From Camelus ferus (Eukaryota): a stretch of DNA of 64,000 bases. The notes beneath the pieces were generated by a model. It saw nothing but the letters and a program-made list of their open reading frames with translations. It was not told the origin of the DNA and made no database searches. Shown piece by piece: positions 1 through 13,844 of the stretch. The stretch is from the NCBI RefSeq assembly GCF_009834535.1, contig NC_045697.1, positions 11,968,001-12,032,000 on the forward strand, read 5' to 3'. Position 1 is the first letter of the stretch. Each line of letters opens with the position of its first letter. The position numbers and the translations under genes were made by a program.

Positions 1-559
1 CTGGCTTCTGCTCGTCTCCGTTCTGCAGACTTACTCTCCCCACGTAAGAAGGACAGCCAACAGTTGCCCTAGTTCCTGCAATCACAGTTCTGCTATTCCA
101 GCAGAAAGGGAATTTCTATCTTCTAATATTTGAATATCAGTCCATTGAAGGGTTCCCCCAGCCCAGGTCACATGCTCATGGCTGGGATGGGAAGTGGAGC
201 AGCAAGACTGAGGGTCCCCTAAGAACCACATGGAAAGGCGGACGGAATTTTCCAAAGGGGGGAAATGGAAAGCATGTTGGATAGACAGACAAACAGACCA
301 ACTGTGACCCTAGTCAGCTGTCTCACTCTTTCCCCCAAAGACCTTAAATCCCCTCAGCGTATCTCCCTTTCCTTTTCTTACCTGACTGGTTAGTCTTGCC
401 TTCTCTACCTCTCGGGGGGTTGGGATCCAGTTCTAGTATCCACAAGATTAAGTTCAAACCTACAAGAGTTGGGGGCATGGGGTGTGGCTAGACATTGGAG
501 GAATAATGGTTTGTAGAATAATCCAGAAAGGATTCTGGACTAGAGTTTAGTCCTTGCTC

Positions 560-1015
560 TGTACCAACTGTGATATTGAGCATGTAGAGGGAGTCCACTG
601 CTCAGATCCTCCTTCCAGAACCTGATGTGAGGAGTACAGCCAGTTGGTACCTTTCAATACACTGTGACTGTCACACCTAAGCCGCTTCTAGCCACCAACC
701 AAGCCCAGTGGGAGGAACAAAGCTGGGCTATCTCTGCCCGACATAAGACTCTAATGTTCCATCTCGGCTCAGGAGCTCCTCATTGGCCCGGCTAAGACAC
801 TTTCTTAGCTGGACTGCAGTCTGTGGATTCTCCTACCCACTCCTTCCTTCCCTCTCCCCTTTCACAGGTCTCAGCCCTGCATCATGGTCAGTAGGTGCTC
901 CCCGTCTACTCCTGTTTCTTCTCCCTTTATTCTTCAGACACTTCTCCCAATGAATCTCTTGCTCATCTAAATTTGTCTTGGTGTTCCCTTTTTGGAAGAT
1001 CCAAACTGACACACA
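560..1015 (+). mobile_element. Old ERVL-type solo LTR (LTR16-like)
   Basis: The 3' part (aatgaatctcttgctcatctaaatttgtcttggtgttccc...gaagatccaaactgacaca) resembles the LTR16-family 3' end. Boundaries are approximate. Confidence 0.55.
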
Positions 1016-1554
1016 TGTCAACACTCCATTTCTCATCTGTGACACCAAGGGAATTGGACTGGATGTCTGGGGTCTCTTCAAGCTCTAAAATTCCACCTAT
1101 TTGGGGGATTCTAGAAGGTTATCCCTGTTTGATGAGAGAAGAGAAAGAGGACTGAGCATCTAGCTCTCTGACCCACTACTACTTAGGGGCTATGACCATT
1201 GCTCATTTTTTTAAAATTTTTATCACAACAAAGAACCTTCCTTTTGATAATGTCTTATCAAGCAAGGTAAATAATTCTGGGTAATGTTTCAAATGGCTAT
1301 AAACATTTCAGGGACTGGCTGAAAACTCTACACATGGCTTGATGCATCACTTTGTGTTAGCTGATGGTTCTTATACTTCAGTAAACAGAAAAGACCCTTG
1401 GGGATACCTTATCACAGGCAGGTTCCTGGACCCAATGCATAGAGAGCTTCACTCAAAAGGAGGATGGTGGCTCCTGGGAATCTGCCTTTTCATCCAGCTC
1501 CTAGTGACTCTGACTCTGATTCATGGAATAAACTCTGAGAAATAAGAGCCTTGA

Positions 1555-1696
1555 GGGGAGGGTATAGCTCAAGTGGTAGAATGCATGCTTAGCATGCACA
1601 AGGACCTGGGTACAATCCCCAGTACCTCCTCTAAAAATAAATAAATAAGTAGACCTAATTACCTCCTCCCTACTCCCCAAAAAAAGAAAAAAAAAA
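1555..1696 (+). mobile_element. tRNA-Ala-derived SINE (camelid Vic-1-like)
   Basis: gggagggtatagctcaagtggtagaatgcatgcttagcatgcacaaggacctgggtacaatccccagtacctcc, then an A-rich linker and poly-A. Flanked by an imperfect aagagc(c/t)tt repeat. Confidence 0.85.
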
Positions 1697-3624
1697 GAGC
1701 TTTTGATAGAGTAAATTTACATTTTCTTAAGATTTACAGTAATTTACTGAGAACCTATAGTGTGCTATGGGAAGCTATACAGAGTCATTAACTCTATGTT
1801 TGTGGGGCGGGGATGTGGGCCAAGATGATTTCTTGTAGGTGGTGATTTCTTGCAGCAGGTCATAAAAAATAAGAAGGAACTCATCTCCTAGCCAGCAACA
1901 TGGTAAAGGCACTCCCAGTTTGTTTGGATCCTGTTAGGCTAGGGGGCTAAGGAGTCCTGGGGTTGGTCAGCAACAGAAGAGACACTGGGAGGGAATGCAG
2001 ACCTTCTGCTTTATCTCAGTTACTGCCTTGAACTTTATTTTCCAGATCTGTGGTATTGACAGAAAGTATCACTTCAGAAGTTGAGGGAACAACCTTCTTG
2101 TCCAGATACAACACAAGGTCAACAAAAAGTTGAAACACGTCAGAAGTGGTAAATGCTAGCTGCTTTTTCTTCCCTGGCATTACACACGCTAGAACTCAGA
2201 AACGCTCCGGATCAGAACCTCTCTCCGTGACAACGTGGGATCTCTGCTCCTGCTCCCCGAGGTGCAGGCTGTATTCTGGGGCATCTCACAGCCCCAGGAG
2301 GGAGCAACTACATGTCTTTGGCAATCTCCCACTCTTTCAGAGTTAACCTGCTGTAAAGGACCAACTATCAGGGCATCTCAGCCCCTAGATCCTTGTCAGA
2401 AGCAGGGATCAAGATCCTTAGGTCCACTGACAGTTCTCAGAGTAAACCCTTAGTTGTCCTTGGATTTGATATATGGTTTTGTCCCTTACACTTCAATCCC
2501 CTGTATACTGTTTAAAAAACCATTTTCTTTTTCATTATAAAAACAGTGCATGATTAAGGAAAACATAAATCAAAAGAACCACAGTTTAAAAATTGCCCCC
2601 AATTAAAAGACCCCCCTTTTATAAAAAAGAGTCCATACATCCTACAATTTTAGGGGTGTAAGGACACTCTGAAGTGCATCGATAAGCCTCTTACTGTCAA
2701 TGTACCCCAGTTCAGGAACCCCTGAGATGAGGAAAAAGGAAGATAGAAGAGGTCAGAAAACAAGAACCCTCAACAGAAATGTTTAAATGTCGAATTGTTA
2801 GTACAATGTATATATTCAGCATTTGGTGCCTTGAACACAATAAGCTTAAATAAGCAAGATTGATTACCTTAAAAAAGTCAAAAGAAGCCTAAAAATCACC
2901 TGTATCTCCACTGGTACAAAGAAATAGTCTTGCTAACTAACATCCTGGTGTGTTTCCTCCCAGGTTGCTTTCATACGTGTATTTATTTTCATAACTATGA
3001 TCATGGCATGTAATCAATTTCATTTCCTTACTTTTATGCTTACCATTATGAGTGGTTTTTTCTTCATAAACATCATGCTAAATGTGGACATAAAATTCCA
3101 CCATATACCTCTCTTATATATTATTGCTATATACACCTATTGTTGGAAATTTAAGTCATTTTCTATGTTTTCTTATAAATAATGGTGCTTAGAATCAAGA
3201 TTTCCACTAAACCTTTTTTTCATAATTTGGATTTTCCCCTTAGGAGGAATTCTCAGAAGCGGAATTTGAGGATGGAAGGGTAGGAACATTTTTAAGAGTT
3301 ATCACACACACACAGGCAAGCTCTTTTGGAGAAGACTGGGACCATTTCATACCGCCGTCAGCCCAAGCAGCGTCTGCATCACCACACCCCACTATTGTTG
3401 TGTGTTTTCTCTTCTGTAATCTTTACAAGTTTGCTGGCAAAAACCGTTGATTTCCTTCCTGTGGTCCTGTTTTATTCCATGAACCTTGATTCCCAGAGAT
3501 GCCGGTAAGACATTACAAACAAGTGTCACAGAGGTGTGAAAAGCAGGCTAACTCACTTTATAAATGTTCATAGCAGCAGTTTTATTCTTTCAGTTCATCA
3601 TGCTTCATCTCATATTTTTAATGC

Positions 3625-3785
3625 AGGATTTCTCAGCCTCGGCACTGTTAACATCGCAGCATCCCTGGCTTTGACCCACCAGAAGCCAGTAGCTCCCCTG
3701 TACTCCATTGGGACAACCAAAAGTGGCTCCAGACATTGCCAAATATCCCCAGGGTGGGAGGAATAGCCCCTAACTGAGAACCCAA
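3625..3785. mobile_element. MER5/MER20-like hAT DNA transposon fragment
   Basis: Termini read caggatttctcagcctcggcactgtt...actgagaaccc. The terminal ~35 bp are imperfectly duplicated just downstream. Confidence 0.55.
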
Positions 3786-3879
3786 CATCCCCTGGGAAGA
3801 AAATAGCCCCCGACTAATGAAAAACACAGAGCTCTGTTAGCCCAGGTTTCCACTGCAAGGTCAAACTTTAATCACTGTT

Positions 3880-4420
3880 TAGTGTCTCAGACCCGGTAGA
3901 GTCTACCTAACACCCTCTTATGTCTTCTTCCTTGCAGCAAAACCCCAATTTCATTCAGCTGTTCCTCTCCCATGGGCTCGGGAGTGAATTATGGCAAATT
4001 ATGCCTGGTCTAAGCCCAGCCTCACAGTCTTGTTTCCTTTATCAATGACTGGCTTTGGTTTGGGCGTGGAACTCAGTCTCGGCCAAGGGGACCCAAGGAG
4101 ACACCTGAAGACTTCTGGGAAAGATCTCCTTACAAATACAAAGAAGCACAAAGGAGAAAATGCCTTTCTTCCTCAGAAGATGTTGTCACGTCTCTGTGTG
4201 TTGCCTGGAACCGTGGCAGCCCCCATGGAATTCTGAGAGGAAAAAGCATTGATATGAAGAGAACAAGGAAGATGGCAAACACTTGGCCTGTGGTGACATC
4301 CTGAGACACTGAATTACCAGCCACCAGCCAGGAAGAGAGTTCTCCTGTTATGTGAGATAACACATCTCTAACTCTTAAACTACTTTTAAATGTTGTGTCT
4401 CTCACTACTGCATCCTAACT
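3880..4420 (+). mobile_element. MaLR solo LTR (old MLT1 family)
   Basis: MLT1-type 3' motifs (ctcctgttatgtgagataa...catcctaactg). Boundaries are approximate. Confidence 0.55.
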
Positions 4421-6189
4421 GGCTTTCTGGGAGCCCCAAGCACGATCCCTAAGAGACATCGTAAAATCAGGTCCTCCCTGGGCCAATTTTGACGTCCACA
4501 TTTGAGAGATGGGCAGCCTGTGGCCACAAGGGCCACCTCCAAGGAGAGATGTGGTTCCAGGGAGGTCCAGCCCGTTGGGGAAGTTGCTCAGCCAAGGGGC
4601 AGGGAGCCTGGAGAGCTGATTCTGACCCTAAAGAAACAGACTAGCAGGTCCAGAAAGGTAGAGGTGTGGTGGGATAGAAGCTGTTCCCCTTGAGGGCCAG
4701 AAGCAGGTGACTTTCAAGGCCACCCTGGAGAGTAACAGAAGTTCTGAAAACACAATGACTGGCTCTGTTTACACTGACTCAGAGTGGGCAGGATTGAGCC
4801 TGGAGGTCCCCAGTACCAGTAACTGGGGGGAAGGGAAAGAGGCAGGGGCTGATGGAACCAGTGCCAATGTACCTTGCAAGGAGGAGAGTATTACAGGACA
4901 AGAGAAAGAACAAGGGTTTTGGAACTGGAGCTTCAAGAGAGATTTGGAACCCACATCCGGCATGGGTGGACGGGTGAGTAAATGGATAGGAAGGCGAGGA
5001 GAGGGCAGATGGTGCACAGCGAGGAAGTGGTGAAGAGGATGGATGTAGAGGGATGGGAGGGTGGGTGAGTCAGTGACTGGGACACGTGAATGGAGGGGCA
5101 ATGGGTAACTAGATAGATGAACAAATGAATAATAACAACTCTTTGGGTTTTTGCTTTGCTTATAGAGAACCAGATTCTTAAAGTGGGAAGGAACCTCTGG
5201 AGATCTCAGCACTTAAAACATTCCCATTTTAAGTGTGGCTCCATTTCTCTGGCATCCCCAAAATGAGACCTCAGGAGGATGCCCAGGGTACCCCAACAGT
5301 TTATGACAATGGTACAAAAATAAAAAGAAATAAAGGTACTTTCTACAAGTCAGGCATGTAAATGAGAATTGCAAATGAATTCCCAAGCTGACCTATGATT
5401 CCACTCATCAATCAAACATCATCACTGCAAAAAAGCTTTGGCAGGTACGATACTGAATCTGAGACGGCTGCACTTGTTCAAATTAAAAGAACGGTAAAGA
5501 TGAAAGCAATGCACGTCTCTTCCATTGGCAGGCAATGTGCCTGACTCCTGCTGTTCCTCTCTTAACCTCAGCGATGTGTCCTTGAAGGTAGCAGCTAATA
5601 CCAATTTGCTTGTTTGTCCTTCAGTGAGCAAAACTGAAATGTCCTTTCAACTTTGGTAGCTGGGCTTTTGGCTGCAGTTTCCTCTCACATCTGTTTGACC
5701 CCTGCCCTGACGTTATGTCGTTCCCTAACCCGCCCCATTGGGGTCCCTCCCGTGGGTTCCACTGAACCCCACACCGGCTGCCAGTACCTCCTCCGTGACA
5801 TCACACACACCAGAATCCCTCTCCTACTTTATCAGGAGCCCATCGCATTATTTGCAGCCCAGTTCCTCACACAAAAAGGAGGTCAAAAATGTTTTAGGAA
5901 TGAATGAATCAGCTTGAAATGTTAAGATCAAGTTTTATTAAAATAGGGTTTTAAAACTGCTCTGTAGGTATATTTTACTCAGATACAAAATTTTATAATG
6001 TATTTAAATGGAACACAGCATTATTTTAAAGATGAGGCAATTCTCCCACTTGCTAAAATCCGCTCTCTTGCTGTCAAAAATTTCTACAGTCAAGTAATTC
6101 AGAGAGGGCTATTAGCCGCTGGGACTGGCTGCTGAGAGAGGCTATTGGTTATCACTCTGGAGGCCTTAAAAATTGGCTAGGATTAAAAT

Positions 6190-7750
6190 ATGGGATTCAG
6201 TACCTTTCCCAATTCTAAAAAATAACCAAGTGAAAAAGGTTAAGGAAGGAACTGTTTACAACAGCAGCAAATACACACACACACACACACACACAGAGGA
6301 ACAAATGTAAGAATGTGTAGAGTTTAGATATAGAAAACTTTAAAGCTGTGAGACATGAAAGAGTCAGTGAGAAGACCTACAGTTTTTGAACAGGGACACT
6401 TAACCCTGTAATATGTAAATTCTCTCTAAATTAATGCATACACACAAGCAATCCCTATGAAAACATCAACAGGACTTTGGGTGGAGCTGGACATGATGAT
6501 TCTAACATCAATACAGAAAAACTGAATAGGTGAAAATCCAGGGATTACTTTGTAAAACAAGCGTAGTAAGAGTGGGCTAGTCCTACCAGATATCAAAGCT
6601 TATTATAAAATTAAAATAGGCTGGTTGTAGACATGAAATAGATAGATGATTAGAACAAAAGAGAGAGGCCTGATGGCTAAGTTCATGGTAAAGATGGCCT
6701 TTCGAATCCATGGGGAATAGCTGAATAATTCAATAAATGGATAGAGCAATCGGTTAACCATTTGAAAAGGAATAGATTCATAATGATCTCCTCCTCCAAA
6801 AGAAAAACCTCACTGGTCACCTTTGGGAGGTGCTAGGGAAACGAGCCATTAATTTTAAGGTAGGTAATCAAAGAAATACTATCAAGCATCTGTTTTGCTT
6901 TTCCAGTATGAACTGCACCACCAGACAACCAAATAGGTGACAAGCAGAAGTTTCTCTTTACAGAAGTATTTAAATTATGAAATGAGGATGGAATGAGAGA
7001 ATCAGGAAGTCATCAACAACCGCTAACATCACAAAACAATCAGGCAGCATGCTCCTCCTGAATGATGTTCACAACACTTCGTATGAAGTTTTCTTACCAA
7101 AAAATTGAAACTGAATCTAATGAGTCTTGTAAATATGACCACCAATAAGGAAATACAAGTGGCAGAAGAAACATCAAAAGTGTGCAATCAGCAAAATCCA
7201 AACTGTTGGAAACTACAGAACAAATTACCCAGTTTCTTTAACAAGTAAAGGGGGAGGGAGGGTGTGTTTCCGTGTGTGTTTCCATGAAACTATAGATTAA
7301 GAGAAACCTAAAACACATTACCAACCAGTTGAACTGCAATATATAAATTCTTATTTGAATCCCGATTTGAAAAGAAAATTGTAAAAAATTTATGAGACAA
7401 CACTACTGCAAGAAGAAAACATGGATTAAATGTCAACACTGACCAGATATTTTGTGACGTTAAGGATTTACTGTTAATTTTTTTCAATATGATAATGGTA
7501 TTAAGGGTACGCTATAAAAAGAATACTTATCTTCCAAAGACAGAAATATTTATGGATGAAATACCTCTGAGATTGTTTTAAAGTAATACAGAGGTAGGGG
7601 GTAGATACGGATCCAAATGAAGCAAGATTAACAGACATTAGTCATTTCTGAAGCTGGGCAACAGGAGGTGTACTGAGCTGGGCAACTTTTCAGTGTACTG
7701 AAAAGTTGTATATTCTTGAAATTTTCATGGCAAAAGTTATATAAAAATAA
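6190..7750 (+). mobile_element. Old L1 fragments (ORF2 3' part and L1MC/ME-type 3' UTR)
   Basis: A-rich decayed ORF2 motifs (ctaccagatatcaaagcttattataaa; ttcaataaatgg) followed by L1M 3'UTR-like sequence. Confidence 0.6.
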
Positions 7751-9194
7751 CAATAAATGTCTTACCAGAGAGCATATGATTGGTATGACCAGAATCCTAT
7801 CAAGAAATCAAGTTGTAAGGAATCCTGGGGAATGTACATCCAAGCTTCCCAGCCTCTGTGGTACATGCCAGAAACAGGGCGGAAATATGTGTGAGCGAAG
7901 TGTTCCGCAATGTCCACCGTCAAATTGAGAACTCAAACCCTGACCTCTCTCCTAAAGGACCATTAAAAATACACAACTGCCTTCCTGACACCTTGACTTG
8001 GATGCCTCTCAGGACCTCCAAACTCAACGTGCCCAAACCAAAACTAACGATCTCCGCACAACTTACCCTGCCCTGCTACTAACCAGCTGCGTGACCTCAG
8101 AGAAGCCTCTTAGCTCCTCTAGTGTCCAATGTGTGAACCCGGGGAATGACTGAGTCATCCCCAGGTCATTGCTAGCTCCAGGAATGGACTGGACTAAAAC
8201 TTGCCCTGTTTTGTCAGTACTGAGTTAATTATACATTGTATTTTAACGTCACCTTAAAAGGGAACTTATCCTATATATTTTTCAAGCAGCACTATTTCAT
8301 GATAATCTTAGCATCAGTCTAGCCGTCAGTGATCATTTATTCAATATCAGCAACTACAGGATATTTGGCTGAAATTTCAAACAGTCCATAATTGCTTTCA
8401 GTATGGGCTCGGCTGCCTCTCTGCAGCCACCACCAAGGAGCTGTCTGTTGCTGTGAAGATGATTTAGATGGTTGGGTTTTGGGGGGGAGGGTGCCAGGCT
8501 TTTGTATCTGTTTCAGAAATGTGACAGGTGCAATTTTTTTCCAAGGCAAGAGGAAGAGATGGCTTTGACCTCTAGGGCCTGTTGAAGCATCTGCAGAAGG
8601 GTAACTTGTCATTTTTATTGCATAAGTGAGGGGGCTCCCACAGCGAAGCGAAAGGGGTGATAAATAAGATTCCTGGAGGCCGTTAAGTGGCACTTAGTGG
8701 GAGGGGGCCCGGGTGACAGCTGTGCGCCGCTCAGGAGTCACAATCAGTCGCTCCTCTTCTCCGCGGCACCCTGCACTGCACGTTGGTGGTGGTGCTGGCC
8801 TTCATTTCCACTCTGCCCAGCTGTTTTACCTGATTCAAGGTAGTAAAAAAAAAAACCCCAAGTAAACCACATTATCAGGCATTGCTAGTTACGTGTGAAT
8901 TGTCCTTTTAATTTTCAGAGCACTTAGAGTCTTAAAAGGCTTCTGGGAAACTGGGAAGCCTAACCCCTGGTCCTCCTTGAAAACCCTGGTTTACCAGCAC
9001 CACGCTGTTGCATTTTTGCATAAGAGCCTGCGGGGCTTCCTGGAAGAAAGGCTTTTTCTCCAGGGGACTCTGGGACTTTGTGGACTCCTAAGATAGTAAA
9101 CTGAAAGCTCTTCAAAGTCAATGTCCAGAGGTTGCTCCAGCCTTGAGTGAACTAGGACCTCGTCCTATGTCATTGGTTCTGTTCTCAACCAATG

Positions 9195-9405
9195 GGTTGG
9201 ATGGTACCTCCCCGCCCCCAACCCCCAGGGGAAATATGGTAACATCTTGAGACATTGCCGGTTGTCACAGCTGGGAGAGGGCTCCTGGCATTTAGTGAGT
9301 AGAGCGAGGGACGCTGCTAAATGTCCTACAATGCGCAGCACAGCCTCTCACAACCAAGAATGATTCGGCCCCAGGTATCAGCAGTGCCCAGGCTGAGATG
9401 ACCTG
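9195..9405. mobile_element. MER20 DNA transposon
   Basis: tggcatttagtgagtagagcgagggacgctgctaaatgtcctacaatgcgcag...cagtgcccaggctgaga matches the MER20 pattern. Confidence 0.7.
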
Positions 9406-10056
9406 CCCCAGCCTGAGGTAATGTCTGGGCTCCCTCCTGGGCCCTGGTTGACCGTCAGCACAAAGCGAGCTTGGAGTGATCTCTGAGCCCTCAAGTGTTC
9501 TCTGACCTAGAAACCTCAGAAACAGGTAGCTTGTGTTCCCCAGAGGAGAGACTATGAGGAAACTGAAAGCATGAGGCTGCCCTCAGGGTCTCACCAGGAT
9601 GGCTGAAAGCCAGAGGGGAGGGCTGTCTCCGCACCTCCAGGAGAGTGAGCTCGGTGAGGGAAAGGAACATCAGCACCTGGGCAGGGGCAGCAGAGGAGCC
9701 CCCCTTCCCAAGGAGGAAGGATGGAGAAGGCACGGGAAGCAGCAGCCAAGAGGCATGAAAAGTCAACACGAAAACAGGTGTCCCATCCGGGACCCACAGG
9801 GAAAGAGAGGGCGGAATTTGGTAGGGGTGGTTATCCAGGATCCCTTTTGCAACTAAGTAAACCTTGACTGGACTCCTGGGTGGCCTGGAGATACAAGGAA
9901 TTTATTTCACTTTCTTTTTGCAGCAACCCTGAGGCAGGTAGGTGGTAGTTGAGGTGGGCACTGTGCCTTCTGGATCAGGACAGGGAGTCCTGGGGGAAGT
10001 TCACAGGGTGGTCCAGGCAGTGGTAAGGCTGGAACCAGAGCCAAGTCTCCTGATGC

Positions 10057-10452
10057 TGTTATGGACTGAATTGTGTCCCCTCCCAAATTCCTATGTTGAA
10101 GCCCTACCCCACAAAGTGACTGTATTTGGCGAGAGAATCTTTAAGGAGGTAATTAAGTTCAAGTCATAAGGGTGGGTTTCTAATCTGATAGGACCGGTAT
10201 CTTATAAGAAAGAGAAGAGACACCAAAGATGCCTGTCTCTTTCCACATGTTCACAGAAGAAAGGCCATGTCAGGATAGAGCGAGAGGGCCCTGTGCTGTC
10301 TACAAGCCAAGAAGAGATCTCTCACCAAAAACCAGCACTGTCGGCACCTTGATCTTGAACTTGGAGCCTCCAGAACTGTGAGAAGATAATTCTTGTTGTT
10401 TAAGACATCGGGTCTGTGGTATTTTGCTGTGGCAGCCTGAGCTGACTAACAC
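10057..10452 (+). mobile_element. MaLR solo LTR (MLT1A/B-like)
   Basis: tgttatggactgaattgtgtccc ... gcagcctgagctgactaacaca with TG..CA ends and a near-TSD gatgc/gaagc. Confidence 0.85.
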
Positions 10453-10954
10453 AGAAGCCAACACGTGGCTCTCAGCACCATGCTCTCCCAACTCTGGCCC
10501 ATCACTCTAATGACACCCAGGCCACCAATGACCACTTATAATGACTTTGTTTTAGGCCTCAAGCTGCCTTCCCTTTTTGCGCCAACCTCAGTCAACACTC
10601 CCTCTTGAAGGCCTCTTCTCTAAGATGAAACACCACCTTCACCTGGGTCTCCTGGTGCTTCTCAGAAGGCTCTCACTCTCTTGATTATGGGTTAGCAATC
10701 CTCAAGGTTTCATTTTTGACAACATTTTCTTACTCTGCAAATTCTCCCTGGGAAAGCTGCCAAGAGACCTATTTCCATGAGGATCTTGGATTGTATGCTC
10801 CAAGCCAATGAGTACGTACCCAGCCTAGAATCAGCTTGTACTAAATATTTGCTGAGTGAATGAGTGAGTAAACAAATAAACAACTATCCCCTATGAGTTG
10901 ATAATTCCTAAAACTGAATCTCCAGTCATGATATCTTTTCTAAGCTCCAGCCCC

Positions 10955-11310
10955 ACTGTCTTCATCAGGGACTGTCCACAATAACGCTGCATAACAAACT
11001 GCCCCCCAAACTCAGTGACATACAACAAGAAGCATTTATTCTCATGGAGGGTGACTGTGGTTGGCCTTGGCTGAGTGGATCTGCCCTGGGTTTCAGGTGT
11101 CATATCATCCGGGCTTGGCTCCAGGCTGTGAGCTGGATTCAGGTCTGCTCACAAGTACCAGGCTGCAGAGGCCAATCAGTACATGCTTTTTTCATGGCAG
11201 TCGCCAAGGAGAAGCCCACCATCAATGGAAGGAGGACAGAATCTCTGTTCATGGGGTACAGGACAGGAATGGGTGAGTATTTACTGAACAATAATCCAAA
11301 CATCCATACT
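10955..11310 (-). mobile_element. Old MLT1 solo LTR
   Basis: ataacaaactgcccccaaactcagtgacatacaacaagaagcatttatt is a typical antisense MLT1 end. Confidence 0.6.
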
Positions 11311-11984
11311 AGCACAACTATATATACATCAAGTGTCCTACAAGACATCTCCTCCTCGGATGTCTTAATAAGCTCCTTAAATTCTCCGTGTTGTCGGCTA
11401 AGAACCTGGCACTCTGCCAACACCCTCCTTCTGTAGAGTTGAGTTTTCTTGTCATGTCCTATGAGCAGGGGGACAGAAACCCACTCTGACTGCCAGCTCC
11501 CCTGAATCCTGAATCATCCACCTTCTGGAACCCCTCACTGCCCTGGCTCACAGAGCTGAACAGCTCTCCCAGGTAGACGTGTGCCTGATTCACCCCTGTG
11601 TTTCCTGTGCTTTTCGGACACCGTGTCCCTGGCTACTCTCAAAGGGACATTTGTTTCCCAGCTCCCATCTGTTCAGCACAGGCTCCTCCCCTGCCTGCCA
11701 ACCTCAGCTTCCAAGGGCCCACCACGTCCAGGGCTTCAGCTTGCCTAAGTCACCATGAGGAGACTGGACACTGGACAGTCCTTTCGAGCACTCACCTCCT
11801 GCACTGGAAACAAACTTTCTTATACCAGCTCTTTTCTGGGGACAGCACCTCCCGGACTTGGCTATAAGCCATCATTCGTGGACCTGACATTAGGACCCCA
11901 CAAAGGGGAAAGAGGTCAGCGAACGAGTTACCCATTAACTTTTGCTTTCCTGACAGCCTGGTTTAGATGACATTCAGAGTGTGC

Positions 11985-11998
11985 ATGTGCACGCGCAC

Positions 11999-12039
<41 letters not shown>
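11985..12039. repeat. (CA)n microsatellite
   Basis: Direct observation. Confidence 0.95.
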
Positions 12040-12040
<1 letters not shown>

Positions 12041-13844
12041 CCGATACTCAGCTCTAATCTCCCTGTTCATATTTATTTAGGCTGTCGCTAGACAATTTGA
12101 TAGGCTTCCGCAGGACAAATGGGCCCTGCTCCAGGGGCCTGAGGACAGGAATAGCAAGTCTGGACAGACGCACTTTGGCAGCGCCAAGAGGAAGAGCTCC
12201 ACAAAGATGAATGTCACCGTGTTGCTGGCTCCTGCCCGCTGTATTAATTTCTCCCTTAAAAGAAAGCTGACCCATTTTTTTCCAGCCCACAGCCCTAATG
12301 GACTCTTATTCAGAGGCCATCCTTCTCCCACATAAAGACCTGTGTTGTATTTAATGATAAGCCTTTTAATGGAATTTGCTATTTCTGGGTCTCTGGGAAA
12401 AGATCATTAATGAGCTTGCAAGGGCAAGGAAAAGCAGGTGTTTGAGGGGCATACTTCTCAAGGGCACACTACCTTGGGGGGAAAATGGACAAAAATCAGA
12501 AACAGGTTCTTTTTCACTTTCTTAAAAATGGTTTGGCTTAACTGAAAATGTGATTTTGATAAACTGTGTTTTCAAAATATGAAGCTATCACTCCTAACGC
12601 TACCCACCCCCCACATCCTATCTGCATGATCCTTACTCTACCCCCAAATGCTTCTGTAATCCTAATCATACCGAAATCATCAGCAGGGTGCAAAACGAGA
12701 CCAAGACACGTGGGTCAACTAAGCAGGCTCACATCTGTCACTCTTTCAAACCTCTAATTGGCCAATGCCCATTTAAGTGACTGAAGGCAACACGAGGGGA
12801 AGGATGGAGCAGAACTGCGGAAGGGAGATGACTCTTTCTTTTACTGCCTGGAGCAAGTCAGCTCTGGCCCCAAACTTGCCTATTTAGTTGGTAAAACTAA
12901 AGCCTTGAGGTTAACCAGCGGTGCCCTCCTTCACAAAGCAGTTTATTGTTCATCACATAATTTAACAAGCCCTTCCAAGTCACACCTGCAACTGGAAACA
13001 GCCAGTGAGGCACGTGCAATACTTCTCTCAAGGGGGTTCTGCCATTTTAGCAACCCTCTGCATTTCCTGTGATGTGCTGGCACCTAGCGATGTGTTAGCA
13101 ACCCTTACAGATGGGAGTTTTGCTGGTGCAGCCACCCTTTAATATGTCTCCTACTGGCACCCTCTGTGTCCTGGCATTAATGAAGGTGCTAAAGATGTAT
13201 AGAAAAGGTATAAGCAAGGTCCTTGTCATCAAGGGTTTGACAGTTCAGAATAATCCAATTCATATTACTGAATATTACTGAGAGCAGGGCACTGTGCTAG
13301 AAGCTGTTGGAAGTTCAAACATGAGGAAGGCAAAACAGAGAGTCCTGATGGTCCTAAAGGCTTTCTCATACTGTAGTCCGCAGCATCGCTTGAGCTTGTT
13401 TAAAAGGCAAATTCTCCAGCCTCACCCATGATCAACTGAATGAGAAATGATGCAGGTGGACCTCACCATTTGTGTTTAATACTAACATTTGAACAGCACT
13501 GGCCTAAAGAGCTTCTAGAGAAGTAGAAGAAATAAGACAGACACACAGTCTCTCTGACACCAGACGAAGCAAGCAGATCCGGGGCCAGGCAATGGACCTG
13601 CACCCATCACAGAGACCACAGGCCAACAACCTGCTGCAGCAATTTTAGAATCAGGCTAAAGTCACAGTCACCAATGGAGTCTTTAAAATGCATAATTGCC
13701 TGAGCCCCACACAAAGGTTTTAATAAACTGGTCTCAATTTTTGTTAAAAATGCTCCCTAGTTGATTCTGACAACTATTGCAGGGGTCTGAGAAGGAAGAA
13801 GCCTTCAGCAATGGTGAAGAGGATACTGTGAAAGTTAGTCAGTG

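Noticed and set aside
1555..1630. tRNA-Ala-like sequences (also at 18.3, 18.9, 20.4 and 22.1 kb) as tRNA genes
   Set aside because: They have A-rich tails, TSDs and copy-specific mutations, so they are SINEs.
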